Positions 19,724 through 20,000 of a stretch of 20,000 nucleotides of DNA are shown piece after piece. The stretch is from NCBI RefSeq assembly GCF_004010195.1, contig NC_057719.1:26042114-26062113 (forward strand), in the 5' to 3' direction. Position 1 is the first letter of the stretch; each line of letters opens with the position of its first letter. Origin of the DNA: Chiloscyllium plagiosum (Eukaryota). The notes under the pieces were generated by a model. It ran no database searches, was not told the origin of the DNA, and saw only the letters and a list, made by a program, of their open reading frames with translations. Made by a program: the position numbers and the translations under genes.

Positions 19724-20000
19724 AGTTGAAACTTTATTGCTGGAACAGCACAGCAGGTCAGGCAGCATCCAGGGAACAGGAGATTCGACGTTTCGGGCAC
19801 AGGCCCTTCTTCAGGAATGAGCAGAGAGTGTTCAGCAGGAGAAGATAAAAGGTAGGGAGGAGGGACTTGGAGGAGGGGCGGTGGAAATGTGATAGGTGGA
19901 AAGAGGTCAAGGTGAGGGTGATAGGTCGAAGTAGGATGGAGGCGGAGAGGTCAAGAAGAAGACTACAGGTCAGGAAGGCAGTGCCGGGCTGGAGGGATTC
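19724..20000 (-). mobile_element. Penelope family A element 3' region, running off the window end
   Basis: The terminus ttgctggaacagcacagcaggtcaggcagcatcc, an intact HHR and a purine-rich (plus strand) UTR, as at 2820-2930. Confidence 0.88.
19783..19818 (-). ncRNA. Minimal type I hammerhead ribozyme (PLE-associated), intact
   Basis: The minus strand reads AUUC-CUGAAGA-A-GGGC-CUGU-GCCC-GAAA-CGU-C-GAAU. This gives a 4-bp stem I, a 4-bp stem II, palindromic stem III ACGU and a GUC cleavage triplet. Confidence 0.85.

Noticed and set aside
1185..19800. Recurring small ORFs with CCWKSAAGQAA / CCLTCCAFPAP peptides, suggesting a Cys-rich peptide family
   Set aside because: They are incidental translations of the non-coding Penelope terminus on both strands, with inconsistent starts and frames.
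1196..19818. Repeated palindromic motif suggesting a CRISPR-like array
   Set aside because: The copies are dispersed, irregularly spaced and in both orientations in eukaryotic DNA. They are explained by PLE termini.

Overview
This is repeat-rich vertebrate DNA, almost certainly from a shark or other elasmobranch, judging by the HER1/CR1 LINEs with (CTCTATGA)n tails, an HE1-type V-SINE and shark-type Penelope termini. The only host coding sequence is the terminal exon of LURAP1L on the minus strand (stop at 7634-7636). Its 5' end looks damaged: the conserved ARLRAID motif is out of frame with the rest of the exon (probable 11-nt deletion). The polypyrimidine tract and acceptor also appear to lie on the wrong strand, as if inverted, and a piece of the 3'UTR is duplicated 1.5 kb away in the intron. 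The rest is CR1-clade LINEs, tRNA-SINEs, two putative solo LTRs, a small hAT-like MITE and about 10 Penelope-like element (PLE) insertions from three families. These PLE termini carry minimal type I hammerhead ribozyme (HHR) motifs, two of them intact (6702-6736 and 19783-19818, both minus strand). Many PLE insertions are 100-220 bp units with 12-15 bp target-site duplications (TSDs), and their truncation or inversion junctions repeatedly fall at the ribozyme core. Family and gene names come from recalled motifs, not database searches.
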